From: a virus
Taxonomy: Duplodnaviria; Caudoviricetes
Length of the DNA: 37,917 nucleotides
Reading direction: 5' to 3' (one strand)
IMG/VR virus record: IMGVR_UViG_3300010273_000004
Coordinates: 1 to 37,917 of that record
In this document: one piece after another, positions 24,371 to 33,944 of the stretch
Numbering within the stretch: the stretch's first letter is position 1
Layout of the letters: each line of letters starts with the position of its first letter
The notes under the pieces: model-generated
The model's input: the letters and a program-made list of their open reading frames with translations, nothing else
Told to the model about the DNA's origin: nothing
Database searches by the model: none
Translations under genes and position numbers: made by a program

Positions 24371-25780
24371 ATGTTACAAAACATAAGCATTGAAAAACTA
24401 TATCCGCATCCGGATAACCCGAGAAAGGATCTCGGGGACCTGTCGGAGCTGGTGGAAAGCATCAGGGCCCAGGGGATACTTCAAAACCTGACGGTCGTAC
24501 CGAGGCAGCCTGGCTATTGTGTGTCATGCCAGCTGTGGAACGGTTCGGCCGGCAAATGCCAGGAGGGATATGACAAGACTGAGCATCCGCCATGCACAAA
24601 GTGGGAGAGCGACGGGACATACACAGTAATAATTGGCCATCGCCGACTTGCAGCGGCAAAGGAGGCCGGGTTGACTGAGGTACCATGTACCGTTACGGAA
24701 ATGACGCCGTCTGACCAGGTCGCGACGATGCTCCTGGAGAATATGCAGCGGAATGATTTGAACCTGTATGAGCAGGCCTGTGGGATCCAGATGATGTTCG
24801 ACCTGGGCGAGAACGTAAAAACTATTTCGGATAAGACAGGCTTGTCAAAGAAAACGATCCTGAAGCGAGTGAAGGTCATGAAGCTCGGCCTTGACCAGGA
24901 GAAGTTCAAAGAATCTGTTATGCGAGGCGGGACGCTCATGGACTACCTGGAACTGGAGAAGATCGAGGATCCTGAACTCAGAAACAAGGTTCTGGAGTCG
25001 ATCGGGACGCCGAACTTCAGTAACGAACTGGAGAAAGCAATAACCCAGGAAAAGTATAGGAAAAACGCAGAGGAAATCATCGAGAAACTCAAGACTTTCG
25101 CAAAAGAAATACAGGAGAACGAGATCAGGAGCTATGAATTTGTTCGAAGCTATTACTTAGGAATGAAGGAAAAAGTAGAAATGCCGGAAGATGCAGAAAA
25201 CGGCAAATATGCTTTCACACGGTCAACTTATCACATCACGCTGTATAAGTTCGTTCCGGAAGACGCTGAAGCCAAGAGAAGAAAGGAAATCGAGGATAGA
25301 GAGAAGGAGCGTCGCGAGCGGGCAGCAGCATTGAGCGAAGCATCCAAACGGACATATAAACTCAGAAGCGATTTCGCAAAAGGGATCTCGAATTCGGATC
25401 TCAGGAAGCACACCGGGGTTATTATTGAGAGCTTGCTTCAGGATTTGCTGGACGGATATATCAATATCGATTATGACGATATAGCTGATTTCGTCGGGAT
25501 CGAACTGCCGGAAGATGATGACGATGATCCTGGAAACGGAGTATGGAAAGCCATTGCAGAAGAACTCCGCAAGCAGCCTGAAAAATTCTTATGGGCAGCA
25601 GCATATTGTGCGCTTGATTCGGAGACTGTAGGATATCACCAGTACTGGAGTTGCATTTACGAGGGAAACGAAGAACTCGACCGGGTGTACAGGATACTTG
25701 AACTGTTCGGCTACCAGATGTCCGACGAAGAAAAGGCCCTGCGTGACGGAACGCATGAACTATATATGAAAGCAGAATAA
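24371..25780 (+). CDS. ParB/Spo0J-like protein
   Basis: PHPDNPRKD..L.EL.ESI..GILQNL, IGHRRLAAA, ENMQRNDL, HTH. Confidence 0.9.
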   Translation: MLQNISIEKLYPHPDNPRKDLGDLSELVESIRAQGILQNLTVVPRQPGYCVSCQLWNGSAGKCQEGYDKTEHPPCTKWESDGTYTVIIGHRRLAAAKEAGLTEVPCTVTEMTPSDQVATMLLENMQRNDLNLYEQACGIQMMFDLGENVKTISDKTGLSKKTILKRVKVMKLGLDQEKFKESVMRGGTLMDYLELEKIEDPELRNKVLESIGTPNFSNELEKAITQEKYRKNAEEIIEKLKTFAKEIQENEIRSYEFVRSYYLGMKEKVEMPEDAENGKYAFTRSTYHITLYKFVPEDAEAKRRKEIEDREKERRERAAALSEASKRTYKLRSDFAKGISNSDLRKHTGVIIESLLQDLLDGYINIDYDDIADFVGIELPEDDDDDPGNGVWKAIAEELRKQPEKFLWAAAYCALDSETVGYHQYWSCIYEGNEELDRVYRILELFGYQMSDEEKALRDGTHELYMKAE

Positions 25781-25812
25781 TCAAAGTAAAGTTTCCAACG
25801 GAGGCGGTACAT

Positions 25813-26850
25813 ATGCGTCTTGAGGAGCTGGCGATCGGCGACGAGGTAAAAGTTTACGAAAGAGGCAAGAGAGGTCCCAAGAAAAGGGAAATATCCGGAT
25901 ATTTCAGGGTGTGCGGCGGGAAGATAATCGATCTGCAGCCGGCATACATCCTGGTGGACACGGGTAAGTACAGAACCAGGTTTGATATTATTGAATTTCG
26001 CACGCGCCGGTACCGGCTTCTCAAGGCCAGTGGTGAGGAGATTGAATTTGATCCGCTGCCTGATCTTGTGGCCATGGAAAGGGATGAGACGGCCAAGCGG
26101 ATCGAGGAGTACCATGCACAAAAATTAATGGGAGGAGAGGATAATATGGGTAAACCGAAAATCACACGGGAAGAATTGCTCGCATATGTAAGAGAGCACG
26201 GGACAGATAAGCATGCGATAAAGGCACTGTCAAAACAAGTCGGACTGACTGCAGGGACAATAAACTATTATATATCTGCGTGGGGCATACATAGGGATCT
26301 GAAGGAAAATCAGGAGGCGGCAAAGAAGCAGCCGAAGGAACAGGCGCCGGCGGAGGTACCGGAATCTGATCCAGAGGATCTCACCAGGATCGAGGAAGAG
26401 GACCAGCTGGCCAGGGACAGGGAAGCCGTAAAGGAAGTGACAGCAGCAGCGGAAACTGAAGAGGCAGGAGCGATTACATACGATTCGAGCGTGAAAGGCC
26501 AAGAGAAACCATACCAGGAATATCCGATGCCGGAACAGAAGATAGAACCTGTTATAAGGACTCAAATTGATGGACCACATGTGTGCGCGTACAAGGGATG
26601 CACGACGCTGATCAACACTGGTGTATTTTGTGCAAAACACCAGGCAATTATCCCGGTTGCAGCTGCGGCAGTAACACCAGTACAGCGCAGGATCCTCCGG
26701 CCGGTGAACATGATGGGCGAAGTTACCGGGTGCACATATATTTTCGCTGAGGACAGTTTCCGGATTGACGGCGAGGCCCGGTTCAAGTATGAAGATATTG
26801 ACGGGCTGATAGAGGAGCTGCAGGCGATCAAAAATATGAGGAGCGCGTGA
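25813..26850 (+). CDS. Hypothetical multi-domain protein with a probable internal start at 26146
   Basis: In-frame ATG 26146 preceded by GGAGGAGAGG; HTH-like segment and CAYKGC...FCAKH Zn motif. Confidence 0.65.
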   Translation: MRLEELAIGDEVKVYERGKRGPKKREISGYFRVCGGKIIDLQPAYILVDTGKYRTRFDIIEFRTRRYRLLKASGEEIEFDPLPDLVAMERDETAKRIEEYHAQKLMGGEDNMGKPKITREELLAYVREHGTDKHAIKALSKQVGLTAGTINYYISAWGIHRDLKENQEAAKKQPKEQAPAEVPESDPEDLTRIEEEDQLARDREAVKEVTAAAETEEAGAITYDSSVKGQEKPYQEYPMPEQKIEPVIRTQIDGPHVCAYKGCTTLINTGVFCAKHQAIIPVAAAAVTPVQRRILRPVNMMGEVTGCTYIFAEDSFRIDGEARFKYEDIDGLIEELQAIKNMRSA

Positions 26851-26868
26851 GAGGGGGGAATTGAGATA

Positions 26869-27066
26869 ATGAGCAAATTAAGCGTATACGATAAACATTT
26901 CCTATCAAGGAAAGAAAAGCGCATGATTAAGAGGCTCAAGAAAGTATATGAAAAAACTACAGATCCAGAAATAAAGGAAATTGCACACATGTTTGCTGAG
27001 ATTATACGCAAAATGAATGGCTATTCTGGAGGACATGACGGAGCTCAGTTTATACCATGCGAATAA
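26869..27066 (+). CDS. Small basic hypothetical protein
   Basis: 65 aa, SD GAGGGGGG. Confidence 0.6.
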   Translation: MSKLSVYDKHFLSRKEKRMIKRLKKVYEKTTDPEIKEIAHMFAEIIRKMNGYSGGHDGAQFIPCE

Positions 27067-27173
27067 GGAAAAGATGAAGAGCACTCATAACAGAGTGCTC
27101 TTCGGAGGTTTTGGGGAAACCTCAAATCTTGTTATAGCATCTTAACTATACATTATTTCCCAAAATCATTCAA
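27066..27173 (-). ncRNA. Antisense sRNA cassette (about 70 nt) with its own SigA promoter and terminator
   Basis: TTGAAT-N17-TATAGT (27173-27145); hairpin GAGGTTT-CCCCA-AAACCTC; 11-bp perfect hairpin GAAGAGCACTC/GAGTGCTCTTC then AUCUUUUCC. Confidence 0.6.
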
Positions 27174-27207
27174 GAATTATAAAAATTGCGAAGGAAAGGA
27201 TGATTCG

Positions 27208-27381
27208 ATGAAAAGATATTTTGACATGCCCGACAAAAGACAAGTGGTGGAATTCGATATTGAAAAAGGTAGCTCCGCTGCTACAGCTTCAGCGGAAGAA
27301 TACAGTAAAGTCTTCAAAGTAAAAATGCGCGAAATTGATAAATCAGAATACCAGAGGCTTGCAAAGGAATATACAAAATAG
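27208..27381 (+). CDS. 57-aa hypothetical protein
   Basis: Manual translation MKRYFDMPDKRQVVEFDIEKG...; SD AAAGGA. Confidence 0.6.
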   Translation: MKRYFDMPDKRQVVEFDIEKGSSAATASAEEYSKVFKVKMREIDKSEYQRLAKEYTK

Positions 27382-27431
27382 TTCGCAATAGCAGGAAAGG
27401 CCGTAAAACGGCAAAGATATAGGAGGTCGAT

Positions 27432-27806
27432 ATGTTAAGATTTAAAACGCCAGTGATTGTCTGGAAAACATTTATCTATCGCTGCGAAAAATGCGGACAT
27501 GTGATTACTATGCACTTACAGGAAGGCGTTGAAGGGCCAGATCGGAATAATTACATTCCATCACCCTACAGTATAAACTGCCCAAATAGATGCCCTGGAT
27601 TGTGCCCGATGGCACATACATATTGGCACTGGGATGCTGAAATAAATCCTCTTCGTGAAGCAAATGCCGGCGAATATGTTTTTCTGTATGATCGTAAATT
27701 AGGACATGGCTTACCTGTGCAAATTGTTGACACTAAATACTGGCTAGCAAAAACTTTCGGATATGATAGTCCGCCTTTGTTTTTGGCAACGATGGAATGT
27801 GATTAG
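27432..27806 (+). CDS. Zn-ribbon protein
   Basis: YRCEKCGH...CPNRC; SD AGGAGGT. Confidence 0.7.
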   Translation: MLRFKTPVIVWKTFIYRCEKCGHVITMHLQEGVEGPDRNNYIPSPYSINCPNRCPGLCPMAHTYWHWDAEINPLREANAGEYVFLYDRKLGHGLPVQIVDTKYWLAKTFGYDSPPLFLATMECD

Positions 27807-27820
27807 AAATATGTTCCCAG

Positions 27821-27848
27821 GCCGCTCAGAAAAAGGGCGGCTTTTTTT
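27821..27848 (+). terminator. Rho-independent terminator ending the early operon
   Basis: GCCGCTC-AGAAAAA-GGGCGGC followed by T7. Confidence 0.85.
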
Positions 27849-27897
27849 ATTTTGATAATAATTAAAAAACGAATAAAAACAAATAAAAAATATGCAT

Positions 27898-27928
27898 TTT
27901 TAGTGGTTTTTAAATTGAATGATATCAT
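27898..27928 (+). promoter_or_regulatory. Putative late promoter, copy 3 (packaging genes)
   Basis: TTTTAGTGGT-N12-TGATATCAT. Confidence 0.65.
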
Positions 27929-27951
27929 TGAGTTGGAGGAGGTGTAGGAAG

Positions 27952-28533
27952 GTGCCGAGAGGCAGGAAACCCAAGGCGAAAGAGGCCAGGCCGGTTGGTC
28001 GGCCGACGGAATATCGTCCGGAAATGTGCGATGACGTCAGGAAGTGGGTAGAGGAAGGTATCGTGAACCATGAAATCGCTGCAAGGCTTGGGATTGCGGA
28101 ATCTACGCTGTATGAATGGAAGCAAAAATATCCGGAGTTTGCGGAGGCCTTCGAGAAGGGGCATCAGTACCGCCACCAGAACGTAATCAACGCGCTTTAC
28201 AAGCGCTGCATCGGCTACACATATGAGGAGATCACAAAGGAGCCGGTGGAGATCCCGTCCGACGATCCTGACAAGCCGCCGAAGAAACGCATGGTCGTCA
28301 CCAAGAAAGTCAGAAAGCAGATGGCACCCGACACCAACGCTATTGAATTTTACCTTACCAACAAGCTGCCTGATCAGTTCAAGCATAAAACAGAGGTACA
28401 AAGCAACGTCACAGCTGACGTCACAGCTGATGTGCATGTAAAAAAAGATGTGGACTTATCCAACCTGACAGATGAGGAGTTGGATCAGCTTGAAAAACTA
28501 CTCGAAAAAGCATCAACAGACTCCGAGTCTTGA
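27952..28533 (+). CDS. terS: Terminase small subunit
   Basis: GRPTEY, HTH EIAARLGIAESTLYEWK..YPEF, ALYKR..GY, PDT.A..FYL.N, DLSNLTDEEL; GTG start after GGAGGAGG. Confidence 0.85.
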   Translation: MPRGRKPKAKEARPVGRPTEYRPEMCDDVRKWVEEGIVNHEIAARLGIAESTLYEWKQKYPEFAEAFEKGHQYRHQNVINALYKRCIGYTYEEITKEPVEIPSDDPDKPPKKRMVVTKKVRKQMAPDTNAIEFYLTNKLPDQFKHKTEVQSNVTADVTADVHVKKDVDLSNLTDEELDQLEKLLEKASTDSES

Positions 28534-30046
28534 GGAAGTCCAAAAGGAGAAAGCCCGGCGCAGCTGTGAGTATTTCATTGATAAGTTCGTCCACATATTC
28601 GACAAGGACGTACCAGGAACCGTCCGGAAACTCGAAATGTGGCCGAAACAGCGGGATGTTATCAAGGAGTTCCAGATACACCGCCTGATCATTATTTTGA
28701 AGGCCCGACAGCTTGGCTTGACATGGCTGGCGCTGGCCTATGCACTTTGGAAAATGATATTTAACCCCGGGTATACCGTCACCGCACTATCCAGGGGCGA
28801 CACCGAGGCAATGGAGCTCGTCGAGAGGATGGGCTTCATGCTCAAGTACCTGCCAAGGTGGTTGATCCAGCCGGCCGATGAAAAGGATCCTGGATGGACC
28901 GGCCTGACGTATACGGCCACACTGCACCTGATCACTATATACCATCCAGGGGGAGAGGCGGCGAAGTTCCAGGCGTTCCCGGCATCCGCCAACTCCGGCC
29001 GATCCTTTACATCATCGCTGGTCATCATTGACGAGTGGGCGTTCCAGCAGTTTGCAGAGGAGATCTGGACAGCTGCTTACCCAACAATCAACAGGCCGAC
29101 AGGTGGACAGGTGATAGGCCTCAGTACCGGCAAAAGGGGAACATGGTTCGAGACCGTTTGGAACGCGGCCAAGGCGGGGCTTAACTCGTTCTTTGCAATA
29201 TTCCTGAACTGGCGGACGGATCCGCGGCGAACTGACGCCTGGTATGAAGATACAAAGAAGAACCTGCCGAACACGTACCGCCAGGAGTACCCGGCAAACG
29301 AATCTGACGCCTTCACAGTGGGCGAAGGTGCGTTTTTCCCGGAATGGGACGAAGAGATACACGTCGTCGACAGTTGGGAGCCGCCGAACAATCCGAGATG
29401 GCGCATAGTTGGGGCATACGACCCAGGATTTGCATCGCACGCATGCTTCAAATGGTATGCTATATCACCCGACGGATGGGCCAGGTGTTTCAGGGAGTAT
29501 TACCCGCACATGGTGACGGATAGGGAACAAGCCAGGGAGATCCTGCGGCGAAGCGTGTATTACAATGACAACGAGACCCCGATGAGGTTTGAGTACATCG
29601 TGGCCGATACCGACGCCTGGACGCCGAGCAGGGACACAGGCAAAAGCACGGCGGATGTATTCGCCGAGTATGGCATTTACATGAACCAGGCGTCAAAGTC
29701 GTTGGAAAACGGATGGCGCCGGCTTCATGAATGGCTCGATCCATACGAGGGCCCGGACGGAAGTAAGACAGCGCTGCTGACATTTACCCGCGATTGTGCC
29801 AACACGATCCGGACATACCCGAGCTGCGAGCAGAGCAAGACAAACCCGGAGGACATATCCAGGGACAGCGAACACCATCCGCAGGACGTCGACAGGTACT
29901 TCGTCATGTCGAGGCCTGAACCGGCGAAGGAATCAAAGAAGCCGCTGAAAGGCCAATACACGATCGATGAGCTGGAGGACATGGGACTCTCCAGGGCAGA
30001 AATACGCGAAATGATAGAAAGGGGACAGGTGATAGGGCATGAGTAA
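28490..30046 (+). CDS. terL: Terminase large subunit
   Basis: Walker A LKARQLGLT, Walker B VIIDE, coupling LST, nuclease YDPG and HPQD; TTG start inferred. Confidence 0.93.
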   Translation: MKNYSKKHQQTPSLEEVQKEKARRSCEYFIDKFVHIFDKDVPGTVRKLEMWPKQRDVIKEFQIHRLIIILKARQLGLTWLALAYALWKMIFNPGYTVTALSRGDTEAMELVERMGFMLKYLPRWLIQPADEKDPGWTGLTYTATLHLITIYHPGGEAAKFQAFPASANSGRSFTSSLVIIDEWAFQQFAEEIWTAAYPTINRPTGGQVIGLSTGKRGTWFETVWNAAKAGLNSFFAIFLNWRTDPRRTDAWYEDTKKNLPNTYRQEYPANESDAFTVGEGAFFPEWDEEIHVVDSWEPPNNPRWRIVGAYDPGFASHACFKWYAISPDGWARCFREYYPHMVTDREQAREILRRSVYYNDNETPMRFEYIVADTDAWTPSRDTGKSTADVFAEYGIYMNQASKSLENGWRRLHEWLDPYEGPDGSKTALLTFTRDCANTIRTYPSCEQSKTNPEDISRDSEHHPQDVDRYFVMSRPEPAKESKKPLKGQYTIDELEDMGLSRAEIREMIERGQVIGHE

Positions 30047-30311
30047 GATCTACGAATACTTTAAAACCGCGACGATGACACAGGCAGCGTTTGACCACTA
30101 TGTAAGGGAAAACGGCGGGGCGATCATTAAGACGTTCCGGGATGAGATCTTCACCGACGACCGGACTGTCACGATGGACACCGAGGAAACGATCGTCCTG
30201 CATAAGCCGCTGTGCAATGGCGAGTTTGTCGACAGGGTAGAGATCAACCCGAATTTTATCGTGTCGATAACATACATCGAACCGCAAAGCAAGATCGTAG
30301 TTGCTCACTAG
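30039..30311 (+). CDS. Hypothetical protein
   Basis: Overlaps the terL stop. Confidence 0.65.
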   Translation: MSKIYEYFKTATMTQAAFDHYVRENGGAIIKTFRDEIFTDDRTVTMDTEETIVLHKPLCNGEFVDRVEINPNFIVSITYIEPQSKIVVAH

Positions 30312-30324
30312 TGAGGTGATAAGG

Positions 30325-30474
30325 ATGCCGTATAAGTCCGAGGCACAGAGGCGGTATTTCAATGTGAACCGCAAGAAGCTCGAGCGCCAGGGCGTCGACG
30401 TCGACGAATGGAACCGGGCCAGTAAAGGGAAGCACCTGCCAGCACGAGTCAGGAAGAAAAAGAAGAAACACTGA
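30325..30474 (+). CDS. 49-aa highly basic protein
   Basis: Manual translation MPYKSEAQRRYFNVNRKKLERQGVDVDEWNRASKGKHLPARVRKKKKKH; SD GAGGTGA. Confidence 0.75.
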   Translation: MPYKSEAQRRYFNVNRKKLERQGVDVDEWNRASKGKHLPARVRKKKKKH

Positions 30475-30484
30475 GGAGGATGCC

Positions 30485-30928
30485 ATGGAAGAAAACAAGC
30501 TGCCACCTATTGAGGAAATGACCAGGATCGTTCATCATCTGCAGAGGGTTCTCCGGATCCAGGACTGGGATATTGACGTTGAGTATGTGGACCAGTACAA
30601 GATCGAACACATCATGCATGAAACTGATGTAGTTGCATGCTGCGGAAGGAATCGGCATAGGAAAGAGGCGACCATCAGCATCAATGTGGACCACCCGGAG
30701 ATTAAAGACGGCTGGTATGAAGCGATCGCGCATGAACTGTATCACATCGTTACCGGCGAACTTTATGACTTGGCCGATGACCTGATATACGAACTCAACT
30801 CGCCCCAGATCACACGCGCACAACTGACCCGGACCGATGAACTGGTGGTAAACACGCTTGCAAAGACATTCGTCAGGATATACCCGCTTGAGTTTGTCAA
30901 AGAGGAGGGAAGCGAATGGCCAAGGTGA
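30485..30928 (+). CDS. HExxH zincin-like metallopeptidase
   Basis: LRIQDWDI..., IAHELYH, distal E. Confidence 0.75.
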   Translation: MEENKLPPIEEMTRIVHHLQRVLRIQDWDIDVEYVDQYKIEHIMHETDVVACCGRNRHRKEATISINVDHPEIKDGWYEAIAHELYHIVTGELYDLADDLIYELNSPQITRAQLTRTDELVVNTLAKTFVRIYPLEFVKEEGSEWPR

Positions 30929-31110
30929 AATCCAAGTACAACAAGAAGGAAGTCCTCAAGGAGGAAGAGCGCTGGAGAGCGGAAGAGGATGCCAGGATCC
31001 TGCGGGAGGCAATGGCAATCAAAAGAGACAAAAAACGCCTGAGCAGGGCCCGGCAGATAATCAATGAGCAGCTGAAGGCACTTCAGGACGCAGCGGAGGA
31101 CACAAAATGA
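30916..31110 (+). CDS. Small basic/helical protein
   Basis: WRAEEDARIL..A..IKRDKKRL..A; SD GGAGGG. Confidence 0.7.
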   Translation: MAKVKSKYNKKEVLKEEERWRAEEDARILREAMAIKRDKKRLSRARQIINEQLKALQDAAEDTK

Positions 31111-31301
31111 CAGGTATAGCCATGCTTGCCGGCGCGATCATTTTCGTGGCCGGCGTTATCGTTGGGGCAAAGCTGGAGTGGATAATCGACCGCCTGGGCC
31201 TGAGGAAGCAAAACCCTCTTGAGGGACAATACGGGCTGTTGTCGTACAGAAACCTCAGGCTGCGAGGATATAACGATATGGATGATGACGATATCGACTG
31301 A
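31107..31301 (+). CDS. Small membrane protein
   Basis: N-terminal TM segment, acidic tail; ATGA coupling. Confidence 0.6.
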   Translation: MTGIAMLAGAIIFVAGVIVGAKLEWIIDRLGLRKQNPLEGQYGLLSYRNLRLRGYNDMDDDDID

Positions 31302-31318
31302 TCGGAGGGACAAAGGAT

Positions 31319-33472
31319 ATGGCAAGGATATGGTTCAATATGCGACCCTTCACCAGGGGCAAGGACGGCAAGGTACAGAGGCCACCGAAGGGATACAAAA
31401 ATCCGGAGGTAGTATCCCGGTACGAGGCGAAGGATGATGAGATATTCGAGGACAAGTACGAGCAGGATGCCGATGCGTTCAACAAAATCCGGGACGAGAT
31501 AATGACCCCGGAGCAGATAAAGCGCGCTGACTTTTACCTGCAGCACTATTATACCCTGGTGGCCGAGATGGAAGAGAGGAGGACAGAATGGGAGGAACTC
31601 GAGCGGCTGTACGGCGCTGACATCGATGAGCCGGAGAACGAGGACGATCCTAACTGCTTTGTGCCGCTCATAAATCCTTCAATTGAAGGCCAGATCCAGA
31701 CGCTTGACGTGGATCCTCAGCCGACGATCAGAGGCCAGGGATTCAGTGACCACCAGTTTGCGCATACGGCCGAGATCCTGACGACATGGTGTTTCAAACA
31801 GAACAAGATCCGCAAGCTGATCAAGCGTCATGAACGCCGCCGGCGTGGGTATATCGGTACCGCATGGTTCAAGGTAGTATGGGATCCGGACGCGCTTGAT
31901 GGGTTCGGGATGCCGAAGATCACCTGTCCGTCACCGACGAAAGTATTCGTCGACGGTAAGATCAAGGACTACATGCGACTACAAGAGGCTGACTTCATTA
32001 TCGAGGAGATCGGTCTTGTGTCGATAATGGAGTTACGCCGGGACAAGACCAGGGAGCCGATCAACGGCAAGACGATGGATGAGATCGCGGACGCGATCGC
32101 CCTGGGAAATAGTGTGGTCGACTTCGACGGGGACGAAAGCGGCGACGATAAGGACTCGTTCACGCTGCTGCACATATGGACCAGGAACAATGAGTATGGC
32201 AACCTGCAGCTGATCGAGATGAGTAAATGCGGCATCATCATTTCAGAGAGCGATCCCAAGGAACCGTATTATTCGTTCGTACACAACATGTATCCTTACT
32301 TCCTCACGGTCCTCTACGAGAGGGAAAACAGCCTGTATGGTTTTAGCGATGGTAAACTCCTGAAGCGTCTGCAGATCCTCATGAATAACCTCTGGAACGA
32401 GTGCGTCATCGCCTGCAGGCATTCGGCCCAGACGGCAACCTTCGTGGATCCTGCAGCGCATATCGATCCGGAGGATTTCGCGGCTGGCAAGAGAGATCCC
32501 AGGCATCCTATCCCGGCCAGGAATCCGAATACGACTATCAAGGAATCACCGGGCAAGGGACTCAACGTAGTAATATTCAATCTCATCGGCCTCGTTATCC
32601 AGGAGGCGCAGCGCGTGGTTCGCTTCTCCAGCCTTAAGACCGGCACCAATACCGGCAGGGATATGACAGCACGCCAGGCAAGTATCGAGATGGCCGAGGC
32701 CGAGCGCGGCATGGATGACAAAAAGACGGATCTCTCCGACACCCTGGCCGACGTCGCAGAATACTGCCTCTGCCTCATGATGGAAAACTGGGACGCTGCA
32801 AAGGCGTTCAGGGTATCTGAAAATGACGACTTTGAGTGGATCGATGCACGCGAGTTGGCCCGCGTACCTGTACTCGTCCCCGCCGACCAGAGTTTCCTCG
32901 ACAGCTGGCGGGCAGAGAGGGAAAAAAGGATACAGGCAGGGCTCGAGCAAAAAGGAGAGGTGCCGGAGCCGAAGTTCATGCAGCTGTATAAAGACGAGGA
33001 GGAAAAGGATCCGGAAACTGGCGAGCCGATTTACGAAGTCGACAAAAAGACCGGAGAGAAAAGGAAAAAAACCAAGAGGGTACCTGTTACCAAGCAGGTC
33101 GAGTTCGACATCGATGTGTCGATCGGTGAAGGCCTGCCGACCAATAAGATCGCACTGTATAACATCATCCTTACCCTGGCAAATCTCCGGGTACCCGATG
33201 AAGAGACCGGCATGCCGCGGCCGATCCTGACGTACGAGAAGGTCAAAAAGATGCTCGGTGATCTCCTGGGCCTCGACATCGACGACGAAACGCCTAGAGG
33301 CACGCCACAGGAGCAGCAGTTCCTGCAGTTGATCCGCTCGATGTTATCACAGCAGGGGACACAGAACATGCAGCGGCCGAACCTCATGCGAGCACAGATC
33401 CCGCAGCAGGTAACAGCAAACGAATCGATCCCCGGAGAGACGATAGGAGGGTATCCAAGCAATGCTGTATAA
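31319..33472 (+). CDS. Portal protein (P22-like/podoviral)
   Basis: 717 aa after TerL; P.I...IEG, G.AWFKVVWD, ..VFVD, YG.SD...LK.LQ..MN, TA.....; Gln-rich tail. Confidence 0.85.
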   Translation: MARIWFNMRPFTRGKDGKVQRPPKGYKNPEVVSRYEAKDDEIFEDKYEQDADAFNKIRDEIMTPEQIKRADFYLQHYYTLVAEMEERRTEWEELERLYGADIDEPENEDDPNCFVPLINPSIEGQIQTLDVDPQPTIRGQGFSDHQFAHTAEILTTWCFKQNKIRKLIKRHERRRRGYIGTAWFKVVWDPDALDGFGMPKITCPSPTKVFVDGKIKDYMRLQEADFIIEEIGLVSIMELRRDKTREPINGKTMDEIADAIALGNSVVDFDGDESGDDKDSFTLLHIWTRNNEYGNLQLIEMSKCGIIISESDPKEPYYSFVHNMYPYFLTVLYERENSLYGFSDGKLLKRLQILMNNLWNECVIACRHSAQTATFVDPAAHIDPEDFAAGKRDPRHPIPARNPNTTIKESPGKGLNVVIFNLIGLVIQEAQRVVRFSSLKTGTNTGRDMTARQASIEMAEAERGMDDKKTDLSDTLADVAEYCLCLMMENWDAAKAFRVSENDDFEWIDARELARVPVLVPADQSFLDSWRAEREKRIQAGLEQKGEVPEPKFMQLYKDEEEKDPETGEPIYEVDKKTGEKRKKTKRVPVTKQVEFDIDVSIGEGLPTNKIALYNIILTLANLRVPDEETGMPRPILTYEKVKKMLGDLLGLDIDDETPRGTPQEQQFLQLIRSMLSQQGTQNMQRPNLMRAQIPQQVTANESIPGETIGGYPSNAV

Positions 33473-33944
33473 GATCAAAAAGCCGTTTCAGTCGGAGATC
33501 AACTGGGACAAACCGGACCGCACCCATCTGATCGCCCTGGAGAAGCTGCAGGATATATCGCCTGTGGCCAAGAACGTCAAGCAGCACCTCATGATGCAGA
33601 AGGCCGAGCTGCTCGCCTTCATCAAGAACGCATACGCCATGTCCGGGGATCCGTTTGAACTCCCTGTATGTTCCCACTGCGAAAGGTGGGCCAGCTGGCA
33701 TGACCAGCCTCCAGGAAGTGCGTACTGCTGGTACTGCGGTACGGTGACTCCGGATCCGATCACGGTTGAGGAATGGTTCGAGCGTGAGCTCCGGATCCAT
33801 AACATATACGAGGAACTCAGGAAGTACGGCATTGACTACCTGGGACCGAGTGAGCCGGTGATCATCGGTGCCGGCGAGTCCAGCGAAGATGAGGACAAGA
33901 AGGTACAAATCATATTGCCAAATTCAAAGGAGGATGACAAATGA
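33462..33944 (+). CDS. Zn-ribbon hypothetical protein
   Basis: CSHC...CWYC. Confidence 0.7.
   Translation: MLYKIKKPFQSEINWDKPDRTHLIALEKLQDISPVAKNVKQHLMMQKAELLAFIKNAYAMSGDPFELPVCSHCERWASWHDQPPGSAYCWYCGTVTPDPITVEEWFERELRIHNIYEELRKYGIDYLGPSEPVIIGAGESSEDEDKKVQIILPNSKEDDK

Noticed and set aside
27105-27123. preQ1-I riboswitch-like GAGG...CCTC stem
   Set aside because: Loop sequence and 3' A-rich tail do not match, and there is no downstream gene
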